Shown piece by piece: positions 29,478 through 38,554 of a stretch of DNA of 64,000 nucleotides. This DNA comes from Faecousia sp. GTDB taxonomy: Bacteria; Bacillota; Clostridia; Oscillospirales; Oscillospiraceae. The stretch covers positions 1,200 through 65,199 of the forward strand of contig JAZRQF010000074.1 of assembly GCA_045649605.1 (NCBI GenBank), given 5' to 3'. A program made the position numbers and the translations under genes. The number at the start of each line of letters is the position of its first letter. The stretch's first letter is position 1. The notes under the pieces were generated by a model. The model did no database searches and was not told the origin of the DNA. It saw only the letters and a program-made list of their open reading frames with translations.

Positions 29478-31225
29478 TACTCCTCACCGCCTTTCGCCTG
29501 AGATTCGTAGACCTCGCGGTAGATGGAAGATGTAGCCAACAGAGTCTCATGATCGCCTTGGGCAACCACTTTGCCGCCGTCCATAACCAGAATCAGATCC
29601 GATTCTTGCACCGATGCGACGCGCTGGGCAATGATCAGCTTGGTGGTGCCGGGAATCTCTTCGGCAAAGGCCTTGCGGATCATTGCATCGGTGTGGGTAT
29701 CCACAGCGGAGGTGGAGTCATCCAGGATCAAAATTTTGGGTTTTTTCAGCAGAGCCCGGGCGATACACAGACGTTGTTTCTGACCGCCGGATACGTTGGT
29801 GCCGCCTTGCTCGATATGGGTGTCGTAACCGTCGGGGAAGGCGGTGATAAAGTCGTGGGCGCAAGCCAGACGGCAGGCGTGCTCCATTTCCTCGTCGGTT
29901 GCATTGGGGTTACCCCAACGCAGGTTGTCCTTGATGGAACCGGAGAACAGCACGTTTTTCTGCAGCACCATTGCCACATTATCCCGGAGGGTATCCAGAT
30001 CATAGTCACGGACATCAACGCCACCAACCCGGATGCAGCCCTCGGACACATCATACAGTCGGGGAATCAACTGCACAAGGGTAGATTTGGAAGATCCGGT
30101 ACCGCCCAAAATGCCAACTGTAGCACCGGAAGGAATGTGCAGATTCACTTCCTTTAGAGCGCGGTGCTTTGCTGTGGCACTGTAGCGGAAAGAGACATTT
30201 TCAAAATCGATGGAGCCGTCGCTTACCTGAGTCACTGCATTTTCAGCAGGGGTGGTCAGATCAGGTTCTTCAACCAGAATTTCATAGCAGCGCTTCATAG
30301 GTGCTCGGCTCATGGTCAACATCACGAAGACCATAGACAGCATCATTAGGGAGGTAAGGATCTGGGTGGTGTAGGTGAACATAGCGCTTAAATCGCCAAC
30401 TGTCAGACCGAAAAGTTCGTTGTTACCGGACTGCACTACCATATTGGCGCCAAACCAGCTCAGACCCAGCATACAGCCATACACGCACATTTGCATAATG
30501 GGGCTGTTCAACGCCAGGATCCGTTCTGCCTTAACAAAATCCTTGTAGATATTGCCGGACACGGTGGTGAATTTCTCTGTCTCCTTCTCCTCGCGGACGA
30601 AGGCTTTCACAACCCGGATGCCATGGATGTTCTCCTGGACAGTGTTGTTAAGGCTGTCGTAGGTCTTGAATACCCGGTCGAAGATCTTAAATACGATGGG
30701 GCCCAGGCTTACCAATGCGATTACCAGCACCGGCAGTGCTACACAGAACACCAGGCTCAGCTTGACATTGATGAACATTGCAGAGGACAAAGCCAGTATC
30801 AGCATCATGGGACAGCGCACAGCCATGCGGATCATCATTTGGAAGGACATCTGCAATTGCGCCACATCCGAGGTTAGTCGGGTGACAATGGATGCAGTGG
30901 AAAATTTGTCAATATTGGAAAAGCTGAAATCCTGTACCCGATAGTACATATCGTGGCGCAGATTCCTTGCAAAGCCGGTAGCAGCCTTGGAGGCAAAAAT
31001 GGCGGATCCTACACCAAAGGCCAGACCGCACAGCGCGCTAAGTACTAAGTATAGTCCCTGCTGCCATACCACGGCAATGTTACTCTGGTTGATACCATAG
31101 TCCACCAGGGTAGAGATGATTCTGGGGATCCGAACCTCCATGTACACCTCACCGATCATACACAGCGGACTTAAAATGGCTGCCCAAATATTCTCACGGA
31201 TACTGCGGGCAAGTTTCAAAAGCAT
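29477..31225 (-). CDS. ABC exporter subunit (TM287-like; degenerate Walker B and H-switch)
   Basis: TMD+NBD; GTGSSKST, VSGGQ, LDDSTS and AQR motifs. Confidence 0.92.
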   Translation of the reverse strand: MLLKLARSIRENIWAAILSPLCMIGEVYMEVRIPRIISTLVDYGINQSNIAVVWQQGLYLVLSALCGLAFGVGSAIFASKAATGFARNLRHDMYYRVQDFSFSNIDKFSTASIVTRLTSDVAQLQMSFQMMIRMAVRCPMMLILALSSAMFINVKLSLVFCVALPVLVIALVSLGPIVFKIFDRVFKTYDSLNNTVQENIHGIRVVKAFVREEKETEKFTTVSGNIYKDFVKAERILALNSPIMQMCVYGCMLGLSWFGANMVVQSGNNELFGLTVGDLSAMFTYTTQILTSLMMLSMVFVMLTMSRAPMKRCYEILVEEPDLTTPAENAVTQVSDGSIDFENVSFRYSATAKHRALKEVNLHIPSGATVGILGGTGSSKSTLVQLIPRLYDVSEGCIRVGGVDVRDYDLDTLRDNVAMVLQKNVLFSGSIKDNLRWGNPNATDEEMEHACRLACAHDFITAFPDGYDTHIEQGGTNVSGGQKQRLCIARALLKKPKILILDDSTSAVDTHTDAMIRKAFAEEIPGTTKLIIAQRVASVQESDLILVMDGGKVVAQGDHETLLATSSIYREVYESQAKGGEE

Positions 31226-31353
31226 AGGCAGAAACCTCCTTGTGAGGAAATAAAATCTATCTTTTTCATTTTATATGTATCTCTGTAAAAAAGCAAGAGC
31301 ATCCAAAAAAGTTTACATTTACAAAAAAACCGCCCTATGGGCGGCATTTCTTT

Positions 31354-31427
31354 TGGAGCAGGGTACGGGAATCGAACCCGCCTTCACGGCTTGGGAAGCC
31401 GTTGTATTACCGATATACGAACCCTGC
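31354..31427 (-). tRNA. tRNA-Gly(CCC)
   Basis: GCAGGGT...ACGGC-TTCCCAA-GCCGT...GGTTCGATTCC...ACCCTGC-T-CCA cloverleaf with U discriminator. Confidence 0.96.
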
Positions 31428-31540
31428 GTAGTGGAGATATTATAGCAAATAAGTTTGTTGAATTCAAGGACTTTTTGCTGTTCTTTACTTTTTCCAAGGA
31501 TTGTTGTAAGATAGCGTTAGAAGATAAGTGAGGTGCTGTT

Positions 31541-32137
31541 ATGACGGAAAAAGAAAAGGCTGCGGCCGGTTACTTATACGATAACAATTACGACGAAGAG
31601 CTGATGGCAGAGATCATGCGTTGCAATGATCTGTGTTTTGAATTCAATCAAATCAAGCCCTCGGATCGGGAGGCGCAACGAGAGATTTTGCAGCAGATCT
31701 TCGGAAAAATGGGCAAGAACGTCACCTTGAACAACCCCTTCTGGTGCGATTTTGGCTACAACACCACCGTAGGCGACGATTTCTTTGCAAATCATAATTT
31801 CCAGCTTTTGGACGGCGCCAAGGTGACCTTTGGAAATCACGTATTTATTGCGCCAAACTGTGTGATCTCCTGCGCAGAGCATGCTATTGATGCCCAGCAG
31901 CGGATTTCCGGACTGGAAGTGGCGCTGCCGATTACGGTGGGTGACAATGTTTGGATCGGCGCCAATACAGTTGTGTTAGGCGGCGTAACCATTGGTGAAA
32001 ATTCCATTATCGGCGCAGGCAGCGTGGTTACAAGAGACATTCCTGCCAACGTGATTGCTGTGGGTGTGCCTTGTCGGGTCTTGCGTCCCATTACCGAAGC
32101 AGACAAAGAAAGATACCCCACCTATAAGGGTGAATAA
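31541..32137 (+). CDS. Sugar O-acetyltransferase (Maa/LacA hexapeptide family)
   Basis: PFWCDFGYN, PITVGDNVWIG and IGAGSVVTRDIP motifs. Confidence 0.92.
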   Translation: MTEKEKAAAGYLYDNNYDEELMAEIMRCNDLCFEFNQIKPSDREAQREILQQIFGKMGKNVTLNNPFWCDFGYNTTVGDDFFANHNFQLLDGAKVTFGNHVFIAPNCVISCAEHAIDAQQRISGLEVALPITVGDNVWIGANTVVLGGVTIGENSIIGAGSVVTRDIPANVIAVGVPCRVLRPITEADKERYPTYKGE

Positions 32138-32168
32138 AAAGCAGGGCAGAAATTTCTGCCCTGCTTTT
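32136..32168. terminator. Bidirectional terminator
   Basis: AAAAGCAGGGCAGAAA/TTTCTGCCCTGCTTTT. Confidence 0.8.
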
Positions 32169-32172
32169 GTTT

Positions 32173-32523
32173 TCAGGCGATGTCCCGCAGACCGAAGACC
32201 TTGACCCGGTTGGGCCCGATCTTTTTGAATCGGGTGATGGACACCGTGCCGTCGGACCAGCGGAACCGCAAGGATGCGGCGCTTTTGGCGATGCACTGCT
32301 CCAAGGCGTTGCGGTTATTCTGCAGATACAGAATTCGCTCCGCCAAAGCGTATTCAGTTTTTACCTCGTCGCCATACTCCTCACAAGGGAGCATGTCGCA
32401 GGAGGTGAGCCTGCCCACAGACCGCCCTAAACGGGTGGCGTGGTCCAGCGCCTGCAGCCGCAGATGCTCGCGCAGGGCGCTGATGGGGAAGAATTGGGCT
32501 TGTTGTTTTTTGTTGTTTTTCAT
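32173..32523 (-). CDS. Hypothetical protein (116 aa)
   Basis: AAAGGTGG RBS, own TTGACG-N17-TATAAT promoter (32651-32623) and a downstream terminator; no recognised motif. Confidence 0.6.
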   Translation of the reverse strand: MKNNKKQQAQFFPISALREHLRLQALDHATRLGRSVGRLTSCDMLPCEEYGDEVKTEYALAERILYLQNNRNALEQCIAKSAASLRFRWSDGTVSITRFKKIGPNRVKVFGLRDIA

Positions 32524-32647
32524 TGAAAAAACCACCTTTCAGGTAATAAAAATGGGCATAAAGATTGCGTACTAACAATCTCAATGCCTTCATTTCTATC
32601 CTGTTGGTGGTCCAACGAGGGGATTATAGCACGGTTTTAGGAAAGCG

Positions 32648-33394
32648 TCAAGGGACATTCTCTAAAATTTTTTGCAATTGTTTTTGCAGCAGTTGGGTGT
32701 CCTCCGGACCGTAAGCAAAGTGACCGGAATCGGTCAAAACCGTATTTTTGATATAAGGATGACCTTCCAGATCCTTGATAGACCGGGCGGATACCAATTC
32801 GTCCACCTGAGACTGGTAAGTACGGCAAGGAACGGCCAGTTGTGGCAGAAGCTTTCTCACCTGCCGGCACAGCACAAGCAGTTCTGCCATACGCGGGAGC
32901 CAGCCGATATAAGCAAAGGGGTTCTTCACCAGCGCAATGCCGGAAGCGCTTGCCATGGCCAATGCGGCAGTGTCTTCGGGGGAGATGTTACCCTGGCTGA
33001 CACGCAGGCTGGTGGCAAGGGTAGACAGCGGATATTGCGGGCGCGTAGGGACGGCAAGCAGGAAAAGTCCGTCGATCTTTTCCGGGTGGGCAACAGCGGA
33101 TTCAATGGAAAACAGTGTGCCCATAGAATGCCCCACCAGCACAATATGCGCATATTGGGCAAAAAGTGTCTCCAATACAGCAGCGACCTGCGCTTTCCAC
33201 TTTTTCATAGAGGTGTTGGAGAAATCCCGGACGGTCTTTCCGTGGCCGTCTAACAGAATATTATACACAGACCAGTCTGCCGGGATCACGGGAATCAGAT
33301 CCCGGAAATGGGCAGGTGTGCCGGCAATTCCGTGGATCATCAGGACGGCTTTGCGGCTGCCCGGCACGATGCGGATGTATTCCTGGTGGTTCAT
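32648..33394 (-). CDS. Alpha/beta hydrolase (carboxylesterase-like)
   Basis: HGIAG, LDGHG, GHSMG nucleophile, DELV and SGH motifs. Confidence 0.88.
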   Translation of the reverse strand: MNHQEYIRIVPGSRKAVLMIHGIAGTPAHFRDLIPVIPADWSVYNILLDGHGKTVRDFSNTSMKKWKAQVAAVLETLFAQYAHIVLVGHSMGTLFSIESAVAHPEKIDGLFLLAVPTRPQYPLSTLATSLRVSQGNISPEDTAALAMASASGIALVKNPFAYIGWLPRMAELLVLCRQVRKLLPQLAVPCRTYQSQVDELVSARSIKDLEGHPYIKNTVLTDSGHFAYGPEDTQLLQKQLQKILENVP

Positions 33395-33403
33395 AATTCT
33401 CTC

Positions 33404-34267
33404 CTAAAATGGCTGGTAGTCCGGAATGGCTTCGTATCGGGACACGACCAAGGCAGCCACTTCTGTGGCATATTTCAGACAGCAATCAATGGGTGCGCCT
33501 GCGGACAGTTTTGCCAGAAAGGCAGCGCCGAAGCTGTCGCCTGCGCCAACAGTGGACATCGGCTGCGCCTGCGCCGCAGGCTGGGTATAAAGCTTGCCGT
33601 CAGTGGTATCCAATACAAGTGCGCCTTTGCTGCCTAAGGTGATAAGCAGCAGACGGATGTTGGGGAAAAGCTTTGCCAAAGATCGGGCGTTTTCCGCCTG
33701 ATCGTCGGTGTAGGGAATGCCCAAAACTGCGGCGACGGTGGGGAACTCTTCGTCGCTGATCTTTACGATCGTTCCGTTTTCCAAGGCAAAGCGGACGCTT
33801 TCTGCGCTGTAAAAGGGCGGACGAATGTTTACGTCTACGAAAATATCGCCAAAAGAATTGCTCTTGAGCAATTCCTTTAGATTTTTTTGGTTTATGGGGC
33901 TGCGTAATGCCAATGTGCCGAAATACAGCACGTCAAAGGTGTCCTTAGCAGCGGACTGACAGCGGATGTCGTCCCAAGCCACATCTGTCAGCAGGTTGTA
34001 AGAGGGAATGGAGTTTTCGTCCAGCGTGACCAGACATTTTCCGGTCTGCTTATCCGGCAAAACAGACACATAATCCGTTTGCAGATCATACTGCGCCAAG
34101 GTCTGCAGGGTAACTTCGCCCAGCGCGTCGTCGCCTACCGAACTGAGGATATAGGATTTGATACCGTGTTTTGCGCAATGGGCGGCGAAGTTCAGCGATG
34201 CGCCGCCGATAAAACGGTCGTCGGGATACACGTCCCACAGAACTTCGCCAAATGCCAGCAGTTTCAT
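33404..34267 (-). CDS. PfkB carbohydrate kinase (fructokinase-like)
   Basis: FGEVLWD, GGASLN, DVNIRP, KISDEE and TVGAGDSF motifs. Confidence 0.9.
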   Translation of the reverse strand: MKLLAFGEVLWDVYPDDRFIGGASLNFAAHCAKHGIKSYILSSVGDDALGEVTLQTLAQYDLQTDYVSVLPDKQTGKCLVTLDENSIPSYNLLTDVAWDDIRCQSAAKDTFDVLYFGTLALRSPINQKNLKELLKSNSFGDIFVDVNIRPPFYSAESVRFALENGTIVKISDEEFPTVAAVLGIPYTDDQAENARSLAKLFPNIRLLLITLGSKGALVLDTTDGKLYTQPAAQAQPMSTVGAGDSFGAAFLAKLSAGAPIDCCLKYATEVAALVVSRYEAIPDYQPF

Positions 34268-34345
34268 ACGATCACTCCTTTCCTAAATTGTAGCATATCC
34301 GGTAAAAAATGCAAGCCGCCCGAAAGTTTCAGGCGGCTTGGTTTT

Positions 34346-35599
34346 TTAGTCGTTGTCGTCCATAGACATCTGACCTTCCAGACTGCTGCGCAGAGCGTAC
34401 AGATCGTTGAAATAACCGGTGTACTCTACGTAGTAGTTGCTGTCGGGGAACAGATAGCGGTGCAGATCGATCAGGTAATCGTCGGTCATGCTGGCGATAT
34501 AGTCCACGATGATCTGGTTGGGCTCGGTCTTTTCGTAGGAAACGGACCGGGCATACCGGGTTTGGTTTACATAATTAATGTGGTGGCGGAAGATGGGGGA
34601 GTCTGCCTTATCTTGCTGCAGATCGTCCAGCAGCTGCTCATAGATCTCACGCATCATAGGCTCAACCACACGGTTCAGGATCACACGACCCGGCTCGTTT
34701 GCGTAGATCATAGAGTAATTCTCACGCTTGCAGGACTGTACCGCACGGAAATGCTCCTCGTCCAGCTTGATATAAGGCTGGCCGTAGCTGTTTTCGATGA
34801 TGTTGACGACCAGATTGTTAATGATCTCAGAGTTGATGGAGCCGATTGCAGACACGGGGAATGCAGACTGCTCAATCATCTGAATGCTGGCAGCGTCTTG
34901 CCGGTCCTTACCCAGATAGGCGATGATATCGGAAATACGCACCACGTTGCCTTCCAAAGTGGAGGGCTGGATTTTATTTGCGTAGCCGGGAATGGTGTAG
35001 CACTTCTCCAGCTCTTTTTCGAAGTCCTCAAAGCTCTCCATGGGAACCGGACGGTACTCAGACAATTCGATCTCGCCGTTATGACCGGCGATGCCAACCA
35101 AAGTCTGCAGGGTCAGGTTCAGAGGGAACACCTTGTCCAGAACACGCACAGAGTGGATGTTGTGGTTAAAGTATCTGCCGGTATGCTCGTTGTAGAGCTG
35201 ATTCAGATAAACTTCACCGCAATGGGCGAAAGGTGTATGACCGATATCGTGACCCAAAGCAATGGCTTCGATCAGATCCAAGTTCAGATTCAGCGCCCGG
35301 CCGATGGTACGGGCAATACGGGATACCAACTGCACGTGCAGGCTGCGACGGGTGATATCATCGTTTTTAATCAGAGAAAAGACCTGGGTCTTGTCGGTAT
35401 AACGGTTATAGAAGGGGCTGTACATAATACGGTCGATGTCCTTTGCGAACTTAGGACGCCAGACCTGAGAGGGATTCAAATTGCCGTAACGGCGAATCGC
35501 CAGATCGTCGGGGAAGGAGCGATCTGTGAATGTTTGTGTGCTTTTTTCATGAGCGATGCGTTGGGAAAGTGCATCGGAGAGCATTTCTTTTGCCATCAA
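34346..35599 (-). CDS. HD-domain dNTP triphosphohydrolase (dGTPase-like)
   Basis: KTQVF, RSLHVQLV, GHDIGHTPFAHCGE and DYIASMTD motifs. Confidence 0.88.
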   Translation of the reverse strand: MMAKEMLSDALSQRIAHEKSTQTFTDRSFPDDLAIRRYGNLNPSQVWRPKFAKDIDRIMYSPFYNRYTDKTQVFSLIKNDDITRRSLHVQLVSRIARTIGRALNLNLDLIEAIALGHDIGHTPFAHCGEVYLNQLYNEHTGRYFNHNIHSVRVLDKVFPLNLTLQTLVGIAGHNGEIELSEYRPVPMESFEDFEKELEKCYTIPGYANKIQPSTLEGNVVRISDIIAYLGKDRQDAASIQMIEQSAFPVSAIGSINSEIINNLVVNIIENSYGQPYIKLDEEHFRAVQSCKRENYSMIYANEPGRVILNRVVEPMMREIYEQLLDDLQQDKADSPIFRHHINYVNQTRYARSVSYEKTEPNQIIVDYIASMTDDYLIDLHRYLFPDSNYYVEYTGYFNDLYALRSSLEGQMSMDDND

Positions 35600-35678
35600 G
35601 ATACCTCCTGGGATTTTTTCTTAATGATATCATAAAGTTGGGTAAATGCAAGAAAAAATACAGAAAAACCTGTTTGTA

Positions 35679-36467
35679 TTAGGGATTTACTTCATAGAAC
35701 ATGAGAGTTCCGTTTCTGCCGCTCATGCCAAGTCGGTAGGTACATACCTTTCCGTCTGCATCGGTAAAGGTGATTTCATACATACTCATATCACCGGGGA
35801 ACGAGATTTCTGCCACCAAAGGTTTATCCGGTGTCAATTCTTCAATGGCAAGTAGCGCCTGATCTCTTGCCAGGTTTTCAATTAACGCCATGGAGAAGAA
35901 GGCAACATTGGTCAGCTTTTCCGTGGGATAAAAAACGATTTTAACTGCATACTCCGAAGTGTCAGCAACGCAGTGGTGATAATTGCCGCTGTCCAGCAAA
36001 GCTTCGCTTGCGTAATTGGCGATCATGGGCGGTGTATTTTCGTGGTAAGCGTTGATCTGGGTAAGGTCGATCCAGCCCAAACCGGATTTCAGCTTGCCCC
36101 ACAGGTTGCCCTCATCATCGGTAGCTTCTTCCACGATGGTATAAGTACCGGGGTCAATGGTTTGAACAAGCGCTGCATCGTAGATAGGCTCACTTAATAC
36201 AGAAATGCCGTGCCAGGGAATGCGAACCAAATAAGATCCGTCCTCGGTGGGATCGCTGGGATTTGTAGCCGGGGTGGTTGCAACGGTCGTTTCCGTTGTG
36301 GGTGCGGGTACGGTGGCTTGCGTGGTTGTGGGTTCTGTAGCCAAGGTAGGCGCAGTGCTTGCCACAGTGGGTTCTGTGGTGTTAGGGAGCAGGCGGCCAC
36401 AACCCATTAGGCTCAGCACCAGCAGTGTACAGAAAACGATCATAGTAAATTTGTGTTGGTGTTTCAT
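35679..36467 (-). CDS. Lipoprotein with Thr/Pro linker and SH3-like cell-wall-binding domain
   Basis: LMGC lipobox; TTEPT-rich linker; GTYTIVEE...WGKLKSGLGWIDL. Confidence 0.7.
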   Translation of the reverse strand: MKHQHKFTMIVFCTLLVLSLMGCGRLLPNTTEPTVASTAPTLATEPTTTQATVPAPTTETTVATTPATNPSDPTEDGSYLVRIPWHGISVLSEPIYDAALVQTIDPGTYTIVEEATDDEGNLWGKLKSGLGWIDLTQINAYHENTPPMIANYASEALLDSGNYHHCVADTSEYAVKIVFYPTEKLTNVAFFSMALIENLARDQALLAIEELTPDKPLVAEISFPGDMSMYEITFTDADGKVCTYRLGMSGRNGTLMFYEVNP

Positions 36468-36526
36468 AAAGTGACCTCCTTATATATTTTTCTATTATTT
36501 ATTATAGCACAATTTTTGAAAATCGC

Positions 36527-37066
36527 CTAGGGGTTTGTTTGAAAACCGTAAGTGCCCGTAAGGGGATCCTGAAAGAAGGGAAGCTGTGGCGGCAGAAATG
36601 TCAGCAAGGTGAACAGTCCGGCGATCAGAAGAAAACCGGCAATGCTGATCCGACTGCCAAGACGGCAGGGTTTGTTTTGCAAAAAGGACCGGGTTTCCAG
36701 ATAATAGGTTACTGCGGCGGCAATGAAAAATATGGTAATGTTAAACCAGTCAGCGGTAACGCCCAAAATGCCGGAATAGGTGTAAAACAGCACCGGGATC
36801 AGCGTTAGCCCAACCAGTGTGCCTTTGAGCTTGACGCACCAAAAATCAGGGGTTTCCTTGCCCCAAATTTGGTATTGTAAAATCGCAAAGGCAACCATGG
36901 GGTAAAACAGCAGCTTCATGTGTTCCCAGATGGATTCGTTGACAGCGGAAAACAGCGCCGCTACCAAGTTTCCGCCGGTCAGATCAAACAAAAAATGCAG
37001 AAATGTTCCCAATACAGACGTGAAAATAAAGCCGCCAATCTGCCAAGATGCAATAGACCGTTTCAT
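36527..37066 (-). CDS. Small membrane protein (DUF6512-like)
   Basis: LGTFLHFLF, VNESIWEHMKL and FQDPLTGTYG motifs. Confidence 0.7.
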   Translation of the reverse strand: MKRSIASWQIGGFIFTSVLGTFLHFLFDLTGGNLVAALFSAVNESIWEHMKLLFYPMVAFAILQYQIWGKETPDFWCVKLKGTLVGLTLIPVLFYTYSGILGVTADWFNITIFFIAAAVTYYLETRSFLQNKPCRLGSRISIAGFLLIAGLFTLLTFLPPQLPFFQDPLTGTYGFQTNP

Positions 37067-37139
37067 AAAAAATCTCCTCCTACGGTTGTCCTATAGGAGG
37101 AGTATATTCCGTTTTTCAAAATCCATGAAAGGGATTTTG

Positions 37140-37325
37140 TTACATGGGCATGCCATTAGCGAGAGAGGCCACGAGGGCGTACATTTCCTCTTCTGACCGG
37201 ACATTGTGCGCTTTGTTCAGAATGTCTTGCTTTTCGGTTTCATCCAAGTGGGAATAACGGTTCATTGCGGCGGTGTTTGCTGACAGCGCCAAACCGAAGC
37301 CAATAGGAACACTGTAGAAATCCAT
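37140..37325 (-). CDS. Small hypothetical protein (61 aa)
   Basis: GGAG RBS; PIGFGLALSAN...AHNVRSEEEM pattern reminiscent of small clostridial proteins. Confidence 0.6.
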   Translation of the reverse strand: MDFYSVPIGFGLALSANTAAMNRYSHLDETEKQDILNKAHNVRSEEEMYALVASLANGMPM

Positions 37326-37458
37326 AATGCTTACTCCATTCACTAATTGATTCACTAAAATTTTGTGCGTTTCCGGTCAAACTATTCTGCCGGATGTTTT
37401 GAAAATTGTGGATTAAATTTATAAAAACCGCCCGGGAAACTTGCCCGGGCGGTAAGTC

Positions 37459-38415
37459 TTATTTTTTGCATTGTCCGGTGGTGCTGCGCAGGATCAATCG
37501 ACCGGTAATGGTAATGGCTTGGCGGATATGGTAATACTTGCTTTTTTGCTTTTCTTGAATGATGTCCCAAGCCAGCTTGCAAACCTCTTCAGGATTTGTA
37601 TCAATGGTGGACAAGGGAAGCTGGGTGTACTCGGAGATGCGGATGTTGTTAATACCAATGACGGACATATCTTCCGGTACACGCAGACCCATGGAGTGCA
37701 GCTGACGGATTGCGCCCAAAGCAATATTATCGTAGGCGCAGATCACAGCGGTGCATTGGGGCGCTTGCTTCAAAAGCTGACATATGCCGTCTTCGCCGGC
37801 GCTTTCAAAGCGCAAGCCGCTTTCGATGACTGTGGGGATTTCCGAGTCGATGATCTTGCGGAAGACGTTGGCTTTCCGGGTGGTAAGCTTTTCGCCAATA
37901 AAGGCAATGTGCTCGTGTCCCAGTGTACGCAGATGTTCAACAGCTTCCCGCAGAGGTGTTTCCAAATCTACGTAGATGGTATCTGCCGCAGGGTCAGGGG
38001 CGCTGAATAAAGATACGATAGGAATATCGTAGCCTTTCTTTATGGGGCAGGACAGTTCCAGCGTAATGATGCCGTCTACTTGCAGATAAGAGGCGTAGTA
38101 ATCCAAAAGCTCCGCTTGAGCAGTACGGTCAAAATGGTCGGCAGAGACCAAAACAATGCCGTTGTGCGCCTGAACGATCCGCTGCAGCGCTTCTATGTAA
38201 ACGGTGTAAAAGTTGCCGGCCAGTTCCGGGCAGATCACAGCGATGATCTGTTTATGGAATTTTCCCTTGTAGAACTTTCCGTAGCAACCGTGTTGCTTGG
38301 CTGTGTCAAAAATCAGTTTTTTGGTTTCTTCACTCACATCCTCGGCATCGTGAAAAGCTTTGGAAACGGTAGAAATGGAAACGTTGGCAAGCTTTGCCAG
38401 TTCACGCATGGTCAC
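37459..38415 (-). CDS. LacI-family transcriptional regulator
   Basis: TMRELAKLANVSISTVSKA HTH; RVPEDMSVIG and LILRST motifs. Confidence 0.92.
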   Translation of the reverse strand: MTMRELAKLANVSISTVSKAFHDAEDVSEETKKLIFDTAKQHGCYGKFYKGKFHKQIIAVICPELAGNFYTVYIEALQRIVQAHNGIVLVSADHFDRTAQAELLDYYASYLQVDGIITLELSCPIKKGYDIPIVSLFSAPDPAADTIYVDLETPLREAVEHLRTLGHEHIAFIGEKLTTRKANVFRKIIDSEIPTVIESGLRFESAGEDGICQLLKQAPQCTAVICAYDNIALGAIRQLHSMGLRVPEDMSVIGINNIRISEYTQLPLSTIDTNPEEVCKLAWDIIQEKQKSKYYHIRQAITITGRLILRSTTGQCKK

Positions 38416-38471
38416 AAGATCACCCCTTTTTCTACAGTATAGATGGGGAACAAACAAAGGTCAAGCATTTT

Positions 38472-38497
38472 CGAAAAAGTTTCGTAAGCATGTTTCG
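38472..38497. promoter_or_regulatory. Tandem LacI-type operator candidates
   Basis: CGAAAAAGTTTCG overlapping CGTAAGCATGTTTCG in the divergent intergenic region. Confidence 0.45.
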
Positions 38498-38554
38498 TTG
38501 AAAAAGTAGGGGGTGTATGCTATGCTTGCAATAGGAAAAAAAGGAGGAATTCTT

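Noticed and set aside
27582-31225. Degenerate ABC motifs as pseudogene decay
   Set aside because: This is the normal asymmetry of TM287/288-type heterodimeric exporters
31354-31427. tRNA-Gly as an island integration site
   Set aside because: No integrase and no duplicated tRNA 3' end noticed in the window
34346-35599. dGTPase as an anti-phage defence gene
   Set aside because: Resembles the ordinary housekeeping clostridial type and has no defence-island context
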